From Pirellulales bacterium (GTDB lineage Bacteria > Planctomycetota > Planctomycetia > Pirellulales > JAICIG01), in the NCBI GenBank assembly GCA_040901675.1, contig JBBDYJ010000035.1, forward strand, positions 1 to 64,000: a stretch of 64,000 nt of DNA, in the 5' to 3' direction. Positions 62,681 through 64,000 of this stretch are shown here, piece after piece. A model generated the notes under the pieces. It made no database searches. It worked only from the letters and a program-made list of their open reading frames with translations, and had not been told where the DNA came from. Every line of letters starts with the position of its first letter. The first letter of the stretch is position 1. The translations under genes were made by a program, and so were the position numbers.

Positions 62681-62858
62681 GGCCAAGGGCACCCGAAGAA
62701 CAAGGCGGCTACGGCCATTTTATTGTCCACCCGCCCCTCCCAGGAAGAGTGCGAGACGAGAATCCTGAACGGACCCGGTCGAATCGGGTAGGTGCATCGT
62801 CCTTGTCGCCGAACTGCATCAGAGGCGGTGAAACGCACAACTTACTGGAGGAACGACC

Positions 62859-63284
62859 ATGTTTCGGGCACTGCTCTTGCTTGCGGCTGGTATCGGTGTC
62901 GCTGCCGGCGGGATGAAAGCGTCTCACCACCACGACGACGGTGAGAAGGTTAAGGTCCTCTCGGCCACCGACATCACGGAGAAGCTGGACGGAAAGGAGG
63001 CGATGGCGACAGTCGTGGAAGTGACGATCGAGCCCGGGCAAGCAGGCGTCCCGCACCGCCACCCCGGGTCGGCGATCGGGTACGTGGTGGAAGGCGAGTA
63101 CGAACTGGGAATCGACGACCAGCCGACCAAGGTGATCAAGGCGGGCGAGACGTTCCACGAACCGACCGGCTGCCTGCACCGGGTGTCGAGGAACCCGGGC
63201 AAGGTGAAGACCCGCCTCATCGCGGTGGTGCTGCACCCGCGGGACGCGACGGAGATCGCTGTCCCCGAATCGAGGAAGGACTGA
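62859..63284 (+). CDS. Exported cupin domain protein
   Basis: Signal peptide; PHRHPG..YVVEG and GETFHEP.G.LH; GGAGG RBS. Confidence 0.9.
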   Translation: MFRALLLLAAGIGVAAGGMKASHHHDDGEKVKVLSATDITEKLDGKEAMATVVEVTIEPGQAGVPHRHPGSAIGYVVEGEYELGIDDQPTKVIKAGETFHEPTGCLHRVSRNPGKVKTRLIAVVLHPRDATEIAVPESRKD

Positions 63285-63349
63285 CGTTATACGTGGTGGA
63301 GATCGATTAGGAACGTTAATTCGGACCGTTCTGAACCAGGAGAATTGCC

Positions 63350-64000
63350 ATGAAGATCGTCGTAATCGGCGGCAGCGGGCTGATCGGAAGAAAGGTAGTG
63401 CAGATCCTTCGTCAGCAAGACCATGAGGTGGTGCCGGCGTCTCCTTCGTCGGGCGTCAACACGCTGACCGGCGAGGGACTCGCTGAAGCTCTGGCTGGCG
63501 CTCAGGTGGTCGTTGACGTGGCGAACGCGCCGTCGTGGGAGGACCGGGCGGTGCTGACGTTCTTCGAGACGTCGGGACGCAATCTCCTGGCCGCGGAAGC
63601 GGCCACCGGCGTCGGGCACCACGTGGCCCTGTCGGTCGTGGGTACGGATCGTCTCTTGGCGAGCGGATATTTTCGCGCGAAGATGGCCCAGGAAAGCCTG
63701 ATCAAGTCGTCCTCGATTCCCTATTCGATCGTCCGCGCTACGCAGTTCTTCGAGTTCGTGGGCGCCCTCGCCCAATCGGCGACCGACGGGCCATCGGTTC
63801 GATTGCCGCCCGCACTGATGCAGCCCGTCGCGGCGGATGACGTAGCCGCCGTGATGGCCGCCGTCGCCGTTGAGAAGCCGCTCAATCGCACGATCGAACT
63901 GGCGGGTCCGGAGCCGATCCGCATGGACGAACTGGTCCGGCGGTACTTGAGCGCGAACCGAGACGCACGCACGGTGACCACGGACGCCCACGCCCTCTAC
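63350..64000 (+). CDS. SDR/NmrA-like NAD(P)-binding oxidoreductase (runs off window end)
   Basis: MKIVVIGGSGLIG, SGYFRAK, RATQFFEF; AGGAG RBS; absent from the ORF track because it has no stop in the window. Confidence 0.9.
   Translation, partial: MKIVVIGGSGLIGRKVVQILRQQDHEVVPASPSSGVNTLTGEGLAEALAGAQVVVDVANAPSWEDRAVLTFFETSGRNLLAAEAATGVGHHVALSVVGTDRLLASGYFRAKMAQESLIKSSSIPYSIVRATQFFEFVGALAQSATDGPSVRLPPALMQPVAADDVAAVMAAVAVEKPLNRTIELAGPEPIRMDELVRRYLSANRDARTVTTDAHALY

Overview
GC-rich core-chromosome window, most likely from a Planctomycetota bacterium (Pirellulales-like); this taxon is inferred from gene content and cannot be proven from the sequence alone. It holds a probable replication origin (divergent dnaA paralog - oriC - dnaN - dciA - gyrB) and amtB with a clear sigma54 promoter. 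Other housekeeping blocks are argH-HEAT/REC-sigma54 activator-ccsA-hemA, scpB, moxR-DUF58-transglutaminase, a YchF paralog, rplY-pth-rpsF-ssb-rplI-dnaB, a BamA encoded in two ORFs, trpC, purH and tmRNA. Accessory features: (1) a ~5.5 kb lipid-modification cassette (NTF2-like protein, ynbA/B/C-like genes, O-methyltransferase) bracketed by a 292-bp direct duplication of the rplY upstream region and starting with a decayed prs 3' end; (2) a palindrome-flanked GIY-YIG nuclease abutting the tmRNA 3' end, followed by an ECF sigma / kinase-pseudocyclase-ATPase-TPR module; (3) an antitoxin whose PIN toxin is reduced to a remnant; (4) about six GTAG-type REP families, one pair inserted in frame inside a gene. 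All alignments and motif calls were made by eye, and start codons are best estimates.
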